Positions 24,903 to 37,254 of a stretch of 64,000 nucleotides of DNA are shown piece after piece. A program made the position numbers and the translations under genes. The DNA lies in contig OZ024740.1 of the NCBI GenBank assembly GCA_964016885.1, forward strand, positions 213,218,001-213,282,000. Reading direction: 5' to 3'. The first letter of the stretch is position 1; every line of letters starts with the position of its first letter. The DNA is from Eledone cirrhosa (lineage: Eukaryota). Under the pieces are notes generated by a model that worked only from the letters and a program-made list of their open reading frames with translations, searched no databases and was not told the origin of the DNA.

Positions 24903-27900
24903 TCACAATCCCCCCCCCCCCCCACCCCCACACACCACCATAGTCTATTCGACCAATCAAACCTAGCATGCCATTTTTACTGCTGCTGCTACTACCTGCC
25001 TAACTAACTCTCTCCTCCTCTGGCGCATCCCAACACACCCTGCCATTACCCCAACACCACTGTTCTTCTAGCCCTCAATTTTCCCACCGTTATGGATGGA
25101 TGAGCTGGGAATACACGAGCAACTCTGAATCAATAGATGAAATATGAATCTGCGAGCTACCAAGCACCCACATGAAGCGCCAACCCAGAGACCCTCCCCT
25201 ACGAGTGTCGACAAATGCCCAAAACTCCGAGTTGGTACCATCAATGTAGGCTCAATGAAAGGAAGAGCAGGAGAAATCGTAGAAATGCTAGAGCGAAAGG
25301 AAGTTGATGTATGCTGTGTGCAAGAGACTAGATGGAGAGGAGGGTCTGCTAGAGTCCTTGTAGGAAAAAGCCAGTGCTACAAATTTTTCTGGGTGGGAAA
25401 TGACGATGGGATGGGTGGTGTAGGTATACTATTAGCTGACAAGTGGGTAGATGGTAGATAAAGTAATCTCAGTGTACAGGGTAAATGCAAGAATCATTAA
25501 ACTCAGACTAGTCCTGAATAAGACAATTACCACAATAATATCAGCTTACGCACCCCAATCGGGGCTGCCAGACGAACTTAAGGATAGGTTTTACGAGTCC
25601 CTAATACACACTACTGCTCTAACAGACGACAAGGACTTCCTAATCATTGCAGGAGATTTTAACGGACACGTAGGTAAACACTGCGACGGCTTCAATAGAG
25701 TACATGGAGGCCATGGAGTTGGCACAAGGAATGAGGAAGGATTCAGACTTCTAGAATTCTGCGACGCCAATGACATGTCGATATGTAACACAAACTTTAA
25801 AAAACCCGACAACCACCTGATCACCTATAGATCAGGGGAGCACTCTAGTCAGTTAGATTTTATCCTCATCAGAGGACGTGACAGATGGACGGTCGTAAAC
25901 ACAAAAGCCTTCCCTAGTGAGGAATGTACATCCCAACATAGCTTAGTTGTCAGCGACCTCACGGTCAGAACTAGACGAGCCCTGAAACAGAGGCCAACCT
26001 GGAGAAGAAAGATCTGGAAGCTGAAAGTCCCCTCAACCAGTAACAGATTTAAAGATATTTTACTCAACGCCTACGACAGTAAAGAAGAACAGATAGAGAC
26101 ATTTAACGTAGAAGAGAACTGGGAGTTCCTAAAAAATAACTTACTAGAGGCGACGGATGAGGTTTGTGGCTGGAGTAAGACCTCAAGCAGGAGGAGAGTG
26201 ACTTGGTGGTGGAACAATAAGGTAGATGAAGCAGTCAAGGCCAAGAGACAGGCATGGAAAGAATGGAAGAACGGGGGGAGCAGGGTACATTACATAGAGA
26301 CCAAGAGGGAAGCTAGGCGACAAGTATACTTAGCTAGGAGGGAAGCAGAGGATAGAAAATTCAAGCATGTTTTACAACGTGAGGACCAGAAACAGGAGGT
26401 ATTCAAGATTGCGAGGCAGTGTGTCAGAGATAGTTGTGATGTCATTGGAGAGAAGTGTATCCGGAATGATAAAGGTGAGCTTGCCCTCACAAGTGCTGAG
26501 AAGAAAGATGCATGGAAGAGTCATTATGATAGATTACTAAATGAGGAGAATTCATGGGAAGAAGAGACCCTACCCCACGTAGACCCTATAGAGGGACCAG
26601 CAGTACAAGTCAGCGGCAGCGTAGTAAGTAAGGCAATCAGAGATATGAAGATAGGGAAGGCAACCGGTCCATCGGGTATAGCTGCCGAGATGCTGAAGGC
26701 ATCTGGGTCTGTAGGTCACACTATAACCACACGTATCGTTAACCAGGTAATACTAGAGGGGGCCATACCAAAAGATTGGTGCAGTAGCATCATTGTCAAC
26801 TGCTACAAAGGTAAAGGCGATGCACTAGATAGAGGAAACTATAGAGGTATAAAGTTGATGGACCAGGTCATGAAAGTAACAGAAAGAGTTATAGCACAGC
26901 TGATTAGGGACCGGGTGAATATAGACGAGATGCAATTTGGGTTTGTACCAGGGAAAGGCACCACTGATGCCCTCTTCCTTGTGAGGCAATTACAGGAAAA
27001 GTACCTAGCTAAAAGTAAGCCACTCTACTTGGCATTTGTCGACCTTGAGAAAGCCTTTGACAGAGTTCCACGTGCAGTAATCTGGTGGGCTCTTAGAAAA
27101 CTAGGAGTAGATGAATGGCTTGTGAAAGCGGTACAAGCCATGTATAGGGGAGCAGTCAGCAAAGTTAGGATTGGCAATGAGTATAGCGAGGAATTTAGCG
27201 TACAGGTTGGGGTCCACCAGGGCTCTGTTCTTAGCCCTCTCCTGTTCATCATAGTTCTGCAGGCAATAACGGAGGAGTTTAAGACCGGATGCCCATGGGA
27301 ACTCCTGTATGCTGATGACCTCGCACTCATAGCTGAATCTATGGTAGAACTAGAGAATAAATTCCAAACCTGGAAGCAGGGACTAGAGAGAAAGGGCCTC
27401 AAAGTCAACATGACAAAGACTAAGGTCCTTATAAGTAGACGAGAAAACAGAACCCAGATCCCCTCAGGGAAATGGCCTTGCTCAGTATGTAGGAAAGGTG
27501 TAGGTAGGAACTCCATTCTCTGCCCCAAATGCAAACAATGGGTACACAAGAGATGTAGCGGGATCTCAGGAAGCTTAATTAAGAATGTAGGATTCACATG
27601 CAGCAGCTGTGCTGAAACAGCAAGCAAACAGCCACAGGAAACAAGTACCACCAATCTCTGGGAGGGCCCTGTAGAAACAGTAGACAGCTTCTGCTACCTA
27701 GGTGACCGAATTAGCAACGGAGGTGGGTGCTCAGAAAGTACAATAACTAGGGTAAGAACGGGATGGAAGAAGTTTAGGGAACTACTACCACTGCTAGCTG
27801 CAAAAGGCTTCTCCCTCAGAATGAAAGGCAGACTGTATGATGCGTGTATCCGAACAGCGATGTTGCATGGTAGTGAGACCTGGGCGCTGAAGGTGGAAGA

Positions 27901-28172
27901 CTTACGTAGATTAGAGAGAAACAAAGCCTGCATGCTCCGATGGATGTGTAACAGTAATATACGTGAACGACAAAGCATAAAGGAATTGAGAGAGAGACTG
28001 AGCATAAGAGGAATCAAATGCTGCGTGCAGGAGAGGCGGTTACGCTGGTATGGACATGTGATGTGTATGAAGGATGACAGCTGCATAAAAAGGTGCAGAG
28101 CACTAGAAGTTGATGGAAACACTGTAAAGTGGTTGTGGAGGTGCCACGGCAAAAAAGCACCCAGCACTCACT
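24903..28172 (+). mobile_element. Near full-length RTE-clade LINE (APE endonuclease, RT, PHD-like Cys finger), one frameshift, 3' internal deletion
   Basis: ORF 25144-25461 (LRVGTINVGSM...CCVQETRW) and ORF 25451-28195 (SAYAPQ, GDFNGHVG, QLDFIL, QGSVLSPLLF, YADD, LRWYGHV). Confidence 0.95.
25144..28120 (+). pseudogene. RTE ORF (endonuclease/reverse transcriptase) interrupted by a 7-bp duplication
   Basis: GGTAGAT is repeated at 25446-25459. Removing one copy joins ...LLADKWVD to KVISVYRVNAR in frame. Confidence 0.85.
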
Positions 28173-28767
28173 CCAAACATGGAAGCAGGGACTAGAAAGA
28201 AGGGGTCACAAAGTCAACCTGACAAAGACAAAGGTCCTTGTAAGTAGACGAGAAAACAGAACCCAGATCCCCTCAGAGAAATGGCCTTGCTCAGTATGTA
28301 GGAAAAGTGTAAGTAGGAACTCCATCCTCTTCCCCAAATGCAAACAATAGGTACACAAGAGATGTAGTGGGATCTCAGGAAGATTAACTAAGAATGTAGG
28401 CTTCACGTGTAGCAGCTGTGCTGGGACAGCAAGCAGCAAACAGCCACAGAAACAAGCACCACCAAACTCTGGGAGGGCTCTGTAGAAACAGTAGACAGCT
28501 TCTGCTACCTAGGTGACCAAATTAGCAGCGGAGGTGGGTGTTCGGAAAGTACAATAACTAGGGTAAGAACGGGATGGAAGAAGTTCAGGGAGCTATTGCC
28601 ACTGCTAGCTGCAAAAGGCTTTTCCCTCAAAATGAAGGGCAGATTGTATGATGCATGTATACAAACAGCAATGTTACAAAGTAATGAGATGTCTGTAGAA
28701 GACTTGCATAGATTAGAAAGAAATGAAGCCTGCATGCTCCGATGGATGTGTAATAGTAATATACGCG
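28173..28767 (+). mobile_element. Second, partial tandem RTE copy (C-terminal region)
   Basis: Diverged duplicate of about 27364-27965 with stops and frameshifts. Confidence 0.85.
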
Positions 28768-28854
28768 ATTATTTCTGTCTCCGTGCATGTATACACATAC
28801 ATATAATATATATATATATTATATGTATGTGTATAAACATATGTATATGTATAT

Positions 28855-28900
<46 letters not shown>

Positions 28901-28969
28901 TACATATACATATGTCTATATAAATATATATATATATACATATACATATATCTATATACATATACGTAT

Positions 28970-29306
28970 GGAGGCACATGGCTGAGTGGTTAAAGCATTG
29001 GCCTTGCAATCGAAAGGTTCTGAGTCCAATTCTCAGACCGGGTGATATGTTTTTTCCTTGAGCAAGACACTTTATTTCACATTGTTCCAGTTTGCTCAGC
29101 TGTAGAAATGAGATGATAGGGACTGGGGTCCCTATCATTCCACTGCAAAGTGGTCATGGAGGTGCCACAGCAAAAAAGCACCCAGCCCACACTGTAAATG
29201 AGGTTGGTGTTAGGAAGGGCATCCAGCTGTAGAAATCAAGCCAGAATCAGTTCCTGTCCCACCCTTGCAAGCAGGGAAAAGCGGACGTAAAATGATGATG
29301 ATGATG

Positions 29307-29308
<2 letters not shown>
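28970..29308 (+). mobile_element. SINE family A
   Basis: Near-identical to 6037-6385. Confidence 0.85.
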
Positions 29309-29340
<32 letters not shown>

Positions 29341-29397
29341 CATATATATTTATACATATACATATAAATGTATATATACATATATACATACATATAT

Positions 29398-29437
<40 letters not shown>

Positions 29438-29981
29438 CACATACATATATATATTTAAATATACAAAAATAAACACATATACCAGAAGACTTTATTTCAC
29501 TGTTAGATATAATAGGATATATATATATATATATTTATACATATACATATATACATATACATATATACATATACATACATATACATATATATATACATAT
29601 ACATATATATATATATATACATACATATATATATATATTTAAATATACAAAAATAAACACATATACCAGAAGACTTTATTTCACTGTTAGATATAATAGG
29701 ATATATATATATATCTTTATACATATACATATATATATATATATTGTTATACTTTGGGAGGGTCATGTTGCCAATAAGAAACACACAAATTCAGAAACGA
29801 AATATATGTATATACATATACATATATACATATACATATATATATATACATATACATACATATACATATACATACATATATATATACATACATATATATA
29901 TATATATTTAAATATACAAAAATAAACACATATACCAGAAGACTCTATTTCACTGTTAGATATAATAGGAATTTTACTCAC

Positions 29982-30032
29982 TCAAATATTTTTGCTAACT
30001 GGTGAATTTCTGACTGTCCACAAAATAAAGGC
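29982..30032 (-). CDS. CDK6: CDK4/6 kinase short exon ((R)[16 protein letters not shown](E))
   Basis: ttattcag| acceptor, GA|gtgagt donor. 51 nt like the human CDK6 PLFRGSSDVDQLGKILD exon, and the phases fit both neighbours. Confidence 0.9.
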   Translation of the reverse strand, partial: AFILWTVRNSPVSKNI

Positions 30033-31299
30033 CTGAATAATGAAATAAACAATGTTAATATTTCATTTGGCAGACAGCCACACTCAAATTATTAAGAAAA
30101 AAAATCATAACATATTTCACATACATAAATTACTGAACACTGAATAAAATAGGAGCAAGAAACAGTGATCTGGACCTGACTTGACTCACAACAGGAAAAT
30201 TCATCAAACCCATGCTAGCGTGGAAATATGGATGTTAATTAGTGGTGGTTGCTTCTGTTCAGGTCATAGCATAATCAATGAATGACATTTTCTCTTCGTC
30301 AGGTTGCAGGACAACTCGTCTAAACCCATGCTAGCATGGAAAAATAGACCTTAAGCAGTGGTGGTGGTGGTGGTTGCTTCTGTTCTCCATGAATGAGTTT
30401 TTCTCTTCTTCAGTTTGCCGAAAAGGTCTGAGAAAAATCAGGTGTATATGGTGTTTGAAGATCTAACCAACGCCTCTGAAACTGTAAATTGGAAGCTTAG
30501 TATACCTGACAAGATGCCCAATATTATTGTATCCTTTCACAAAGGGATGAAGTCTGTTGTTTTATTACACTCTGGTAGCCACTCTCCTCTCTTATGCACC
30601 CTACCTATGCCTACTCCACTAACACTCCCTAGCAGCTATTCTCACTCACACCTCCTTCCTGTATTCATTCCTTAGCTGATGTCTCACCACTCCCTAAAAC
30701 CCCTAGATAACCTCACTATCACACCTTAGTAGCAACTCACTACACACCACCTATGCCGCCATTCTCTCCATCACTGCACCTTTCCTTCCAACCAGTGTTC
30801 TCATCACTGCATTCCCATCCCCACATACCACTGTCAAATCACACCACACCTGCCATAACTTCACATTTATCCCCTTCCTATCGCCCCTCACCAAAACACA
30901 CACACACACAGGTGGTTGGTGACAGACAGGGCACCACACTGTAGAAACCATGCCTAAAAGGCGGAAATACCCAGTGTTGCAACCTCTCTAGAGTTAGTAA
31001 TCTACACAATAAACACACCTAGTACACTCTGTAAAATAGTTGGTGATAGAAAGGACATCCAACCGGAGAAAGCTTGGCAAGTAAAGGGTTGAGAGGACCT
31101 TTCAGTTGTGTCAAAGACATAACAACTTCTACTGTGTCCTCAATAGAATGTGAAACCGTAAATAAGCAAGACGCAGACCCCCATCCTCTCTGGGAGGTCA
31201 GTAGCCTCGCTTCGGTACTGACTTGGATTAAATAGACCCATCCAACCCTTGCTGACAGAGAAAGCAAATGTTAAACAATGATGATGGTGTGTGTGTGTG

Positions 31300-31418
31300 T
31301 AGGAAAATTGTCAGGACCCCAACGGCTGAGCTCCGGCTGTTTCGACAGCTAGATCGGATCTAGCTGTTGAAATCAAAATGGCCGGAGCTCAGCCATTGGG
31401 GTCCTGACAATGTTCCTA
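31300..31418. mobile_element. Tiny palindromic MITE-like hairpin, TA-flanked
   Basis: TA|GGAAAATTGTCAGGACCCCAACGGCTGAGCTCCGGC...GCCGGAGCTCAGCCATTGGGGTCCTGACAATGTTCC|TA, with a central acagctagatc-g-gatctagctgt. Confidence 0.65.
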
Positions 31419-31866
31419 TTACCCACTCTACTACCCTAAGTATCGAGTATTCTGGTGCGTTATGGTCCACCTGGTTCCTTACCACACTTTCTTTGTTGTA
31501 TAATATACATATAATTTTATTTTTCATTTTACATCTGCTTTTCCCTAGCTTGCATATATATATGTCTATATGTGTGTATATATATATGTGTGTGTATATA
31601 AGAAAATGAGGTTTTTGTTAATAAAAAAACGAAATGTCCTACACAGGTGAAAGTATAAAGAAAAGAAATGAAAAATGCAACTGGAGTCTTTTTAAGAATA
31701 TTTATTTATTTCCTTTACCAGTTTCACAGTTCTTATGCTTTTCAAAAGTAGAATTGAGATGGAGGGTTTGTGGCTTGTCTTGACTCGCATCTAATGCAAG
31801 ACATGAACCTAATAACACTCATTTTTTTTAATTTCTGTGTTTTTCATTATATATACACACACATAT

Positions 31867-31904
<38 letters not shown>

Positions 31905-32280
31905 GTGTAAAATGTGCATTGGGTTATTTCCCTTGCCTCAGTCTGGTTTTAGGCACATCTATGACTATGTTAACATAAATATGCAAGTATGAATAAAGGC
32001 AGAATAAATATTTAATTTTTATATCATTACTCAAAGTTTTATTCCGTATCTTCTGGGATATTCCACAAATGGACATAACAAATGGAACAAACTCTCCTCA
32101 TGATCAAGTCCAATCAGTCTTATAGTATTTTGTTTACATCGCTTTAATCTTAGGATATGTTATGTAATATATATTTCAAGAAGACTGAGTCAAAGAGAAA
32201 AAAGTTCAATTACCATATTTAACACCTTATAAGACACACCTCAAATTTGGCAGGCATTACAAAAAAATAAATAAATGTGT

Positions 32281-32508
32281 TTAACCCGTTAGTTACCAAC
32301 CCGGCCAAACCCGGCTCTAGTTCTATGAAATAAAACCACCTATTTTTAAAGTTTCCAATTTATAGTAAAATCTTCCAACATAATTATATATAAATACCCT
32401 ACTTAAGTTAATATCTTAGGAATGAAATAATTTAATCTCTCAAAAGTCTTCATTAATTAATTGGAATTAGAGTGTATTTCATTAGAAATGTGGTTATGAA
32501 AGGGTTAA
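32281..32508. mobile_element. piggyBac-type MITE, family 2
   Basis: TTAA|CCC...GGG|TTAA. Confidence 0.7.
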
Positions 32509-33446
32509 ACTACGAATGTCAGGTGCAAGTTATAAAGTTTGTACATCATATTTTTTGTATTATAATTGTACATTGTAATTCTAGTTGTAATATTTTAGTT
32601 CATTTTTAAAACAAGAAAGTGTGAAACTAAACGTTTGATGTCGTTACATATTCATGGTTAAGTGTAGTTACTTAATTTTCTTCCTGACTTGTATTGTTTT
32701 ACATAATAATAGTACCTGACAGATTGACAGAAATATTAACAAAATGGTAGCAGTTAGCAATTACAGAACTTATCTATATAAATACTAACACTCCCATATA
32801 TCTGTCTGTTGGTTTGTAAGTTAAATGTGGTTCAAATAATCCATTCTACTCTAAAAATATTTACATTTATGTACTGCTAAGTACTCCGATGGTCTTTGTG
32901 AGATATCTGAAGTCAGTGGTTTGGTGTTGCCATTCACTGAAGCCATCAAAATGCCTATTTGGTGTTGCTGAAGTTAATTGCACCACAAGGGTGCCAAATT
33001 CCCATTATTGACATATTCATCTACTGAGTATATTAACAGTGAATAATTGGTGCCAGAAGCAGCCAATGAAGGCCCTTAACAACGTACCCCAAACTAATGA
33101 GCTGTATTCTCCATCTGTGGGTTTTTTTTGTTTTTTTTTTCCAGGTATCAGAAGAGCTAGACGTTTTACAACTGGAAACTGCATACATACATATTCATAT
33201 ATATACATATATACATACATATATTTATATATATATACATATATTCATATCTATACATATATTTATATATAAACATATATATATACATACATATTTATTT
33301 ATATATATATATATATATACATATAGTCATATATATACATACATATATTCTGACAGAAGCCGCTGGAAGGAAGAAGTGTTTGAGGACTGTTCCCTAACGA
33401 CCCTGCCAGGAATACATGGGCAAAGAAGAAGTAGAAACAAAACTTA

Positions 33447-33557
<111 letters not shown>

Positions 33558-33838
33558 CTAAACAAGAAACAACCTCAAACTTCTGTATATACATTTGTAT
33601 GTTTGTGTGCATGAGTGAATGTGTGTATGTATTCTCGATGCCCAAATAATAGGGGGGAGGGGGGAATAAGCAGAGGAGGGAATCAGTAGGTTGTAGGGAA
33701 TTTCTAGGTTGTCTCTTGATAATTCTAGGGTTTGAATTCATTAACTTTTAACCAATAGTTCTGTTTATCACCTCTGGACATTTTTAGCAGTGAAGGACCT
33801 TCTATTCTGTTGCTAGACCATGCTTGACTTGCTCAAAG

Positions 33839-34427
33839 TACTCTCGGGTCCCAAATAATAAGGGGAATAGGAGGGTAAGGGGGGATCAGTAATTTTTCTA
33901 GGATGCTTTCTTTGATTTTAAAAAAAAACAGAACTAGTCGTTTAATTTACATATTGAGACCCCAACCCATCCTATTTATTTCATAATGTATGGGATTTCT
34001 AGTAATGTACTTTTTTTGTCATGTATTAAAGAAAATTGTCATAGGAATGTTACCACTTAAAATAAAATTAGATTAGTAAAATTTAATAAGTGAAGATTAA
34101 GGTGAAGGCACGTGGCTTAGTGGTTGGGGAGTTGAAGTCGCAATGGTGAGATTGAGAGTTCAATTTTCAAACAGGGTGATGTTTCTTGAACAAGACACTT
34201 TATTTCATGCTGTTTCTGCCAGGAGTTGCAGCCAGTAGATAGTATCAGCAATGGAAAGACCAATGGAAACATTGTTTCCTTGGTCAGATTTGGTGAGGTC
34301 CACCCCACTCGGCAAACAAATGAGGTCTGGGATCTTGTCAATCACTAAAGGAGGAGGAGAGGAGTAGAAAAAATCTGAAAAATTAATAAGCAGGAGGGAG
34401 GGGGCAATTATTCGAGACACGAGAGTA
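33839..34427. mobile_element. Non-autonomous DNA-transposon-like element interrupted by a SINE
   Basis: Ends tactctcgggtcccaaataat...attattcgagacacgagagta. The interior resembles 17400-17845 and a SINE A head sits at about 34105. Confidence 0.45.
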
Positions 34428-34671
34428 CATGTATATAGAGTACATGTATATAAGCCTAGTTGTACAAACAAGACAATAAAACTGAGTACACAAATAAAAT
34501 GAGATGTTATAGAGTTGAAAACACATCAATGACTCAATGGCTGAGAGTTTCATAGTAAACTTATCACTCAGTTTGATAACTGAGCAGAAAACTCTAAACC
34601 CTTGAGTCACTAATGTAGCTTCATTGATGTAGCTATAATAAAGTGCACGTGTATATATGTATGTGTGTATG

Positions 34672-34704
<33 letters not shown>

Positions 34705-34804
34705 TTATATATATAGTAATAATAATAAATGTGAAGACTAAAATCCAAAGAGGGCTCGATAAGGATAAATATATATCAAATATATAAGAACCCTAGAGCA
34801 AAAA

Positions 34805-34950
34805 TTTATTAAAATAACAGATTAAAGTTTAAGCAAAGAATCACTGCTTTCACCCATAATAGGATCTTCTGAAACTCTGAGTTTCAGAAGATCCTATTAA
34901 GGGTGAAAGCAGCGATTCTTTGCTTAAACTTTAATGTTATTTTAATAAAT
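34805..34950. repeat. ~145-bp near-perfect palindrome
   Basis: Centre ...aggatcttctgaaactc-t-gagtttcagaagatcct...; arms extend to tttattaaaataaca / tgttattttaataaa. Confidence 0.85.
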
Positions 34951-35367
34951 ATATATATATATATATATAGGAATAATAATTACGAAAACCAAAATCAGAA
35001 GATGCCATAATAGGGTGAAAGCAGAAATTCTTTGCTTAAACTTTAATCTGTACTACTAATGTATATGTGGGTGGGTGGGTGTGTGTGTGTGTGTGTGTAT
35101 ATATCGAATAAAAAGCAAGCAAACCAATCAAGAGGAGAAAGAGGTGATTAGTTATGCAGACTACGAGCCGGTAGAGAGAAGGTTAGTGTGCTCGATGCGT
35201 ATAGATTGCTAGACTAGCAAACCAAGCGAGTAAGTGGAAAGAAAAAGTGTCTAGCAAAATGGTGGTTCTAACGATTTATAACTTGTACCTTTTTAATATC
35301 AAGATTCCACCTTTACTTCAGTGATCTGTTTTGATTTTTGAGTTAATATGTTATAATTATTTCTCTC

Positions 35368-35488
35368 GGCTCTGATGAGAATACTAGACCACACATTTAT
35401 TTTTACTGTACTAATATTGATTTATAATTGGTACTCATATCATCTATGTGCATATCCAGGATTTAGTGTTTGAAACAAATTGTCAGCC
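35368..35488 (+). ncRNA. Type I hammerhead ribozyme motif with long stem II loop
   Basis: ggct-CTGATGA-gaatactag...(~75 nt)...ttagtgttt-GAAA-caaattg-TC-agcc. GUC cleavage triplet at 35482-35484. Confidence 0.6.
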
Positions 35489-35545
35489 ATTAAAAATATA
35501 TATGTATTCATAAATCATTGTTGTTCTCTCCAGAGTTTGTTTTGT

Positions 35546-35928
35546 GGAGGCACATGGCTTAGTGGTTAGAACATTGGGCTTGCAATCGAAAGGTTGTGAG
35601 TTCAATTCTCAGAACGGGTGATGTGTTGTTTCCTTGAGCAAGACCCTTTATTTCACATTGCTCCAGTTTACTCAGCTGTAGAAATGAGATGATAGGACTG
35701 GGGTCCCTATCATTCCACTGCAAAGTGGTCGTGGAGGTGCCACAGCAAAAAAGCACCTAGCCCACACTGTAAAGTGGATGTGTAGGCGCCATGGAAAAAA
35801 AGCACCCAGCACTCACTGTAAATGAGGTTGGTTTTAGGAAGGGCATCCAGCTGTAGAAATTAAGCCAGAATCAGTTCCCGTCCCACCCTTGCAAGCAGTG
35901 AAAAGCGGACGTAAAATGATGATGATGA
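35546..35928 (+). mobile_element. SINE family A
   Basis: Near-identical to 6037-6385, with an extra internal 3' repeat unit. Confidence 0.85.
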
Positions 35929-36447
35929 TATATATATAGACTAGAGTATGTATGTATATATGTGTGTGTCTATACGTGTGTATATAAAGATAAGTTGGGT
36001 ATGAAAATGTATACACATGAACGCGTATGTATGTACATGAATACATGTGTGTATATATATATGTATGCATGTGTATATGTATGTAAGTATGAATATGTGA
36101 ATGTGAGTATATGTATTTTGTAGAGGTGTGCAAATATATTTGTGTGTGAATGCGTGGGTGAAAGGATACGTACACTTGAAAGAAAAATTTAAGTCTGAAT
36201 GTTAATTAAGTGCAAACACAAAACCAACCACGCATATCTTTACTATCTCTAATCCTTCTATAGATTTAGAAAAATAACCAATAATATATTCTATAAAAAT
36301 GTCAAAACAACAGATGGGAATCTAATTACTCACTGCCACCAAAAATTCTCACTGCTATCAAAAAACCACTCCCTCAACTATTCTTCTAACAACTTCACCC
36401 CTCCCTCCTAATATTCTCTATAAAAACCAAATAGGTACTCAGTAATA

Positions 36448-36568
36448 TTATTCTGATGAAATGACAGTAAATAATAACATTGAAATATTGAATGTCTGCA
36501 TAACTAAAACTTTGTAGATAGCAGCTGTTTTCAGGTTATGTAACTGTTATAGAAACACGTGTCAATAA
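36448..36568 (+). ncRNA. Type I hammerhead ribozyme motif with long stem II insert
   Basis: ttatt-CTGATGA-a-atgacagt...actgttat-a-GAAA-cacgtg-TC-aataa. Palindromic stem III, GUC at 36561-36563. Confidence 0.65.
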
Positions 36569-36715
36569 ATTCCTTTCAACTAAACTGTATCCATTCAAAT
36601 CTTTCTATTCTTCTCCGGATTACTTTTGGAACTACAACTGGAACCGTCGAGCAAACTCTACGTGAGCTGTTAATCTACCGTGTGTAATATTTATATTACA
36701 ACACAACGGAAAATA

Positions 36716-36779
<64 letters not shown>

Positions 36780-36984
36780 CAACAAAAAAAAAGAAACACA
36801 GAGGAACAATACAAAAATGATATATATTAGTTTAAAGCTACATATTGTAGAAATACAGGCTTAATGTTTCAGACATTAAGCCTTGATCAGAGGATAGAGT
36901 GAGAGAGATGAGAAGAAATAGAAAAATAGATGATAGTAAGAAAAGAAAATAGAAACCGGGGAAGGGTATGTAGGGAGGAGAAAG

Positions 36985-37006
36985 AGTGGTGGTGGTGGTG
37001 GTAGTG

Positions 37007-37088
<82 letters not shown>

Positions 37089-37130
37089 TAGTAGTAGTGG
37101 TGATGGAAGTAGTAGTAGCAGTAGCAGTAT
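36985..37130. repeat. (AGT)n/(GGT)n microsatellite
   Basis: Direct reading. Confidence 0.95.
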
Positions 37131-37254
37131 CTATCTTGAGAAATAACTAACTATTTCGAAATGTTAATTTTAAAAATACATGAATTTCAAAATAAAATCT
37201 ATCAACAAGCCACAATTAGTAGTAAAATGATTTTGTTTGTCTTTTCTATTTTAT

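Noticed and set aside
22141-25143. HDV-like or hammerhead ribozyme in the 394-bp monomer or LINE leader
   Set aside because: Searched both strands by eye and found no core. A covariance-model search would be needed to exclude it.
36855-36895. Minus-strand hammerhead-like relic (CTGATCA-aggc-ttaat-gtct-GAAA)
   Set aside because: Core G8 is changed and stems I and III are poor. It may be a decayed copy but is not supportable.
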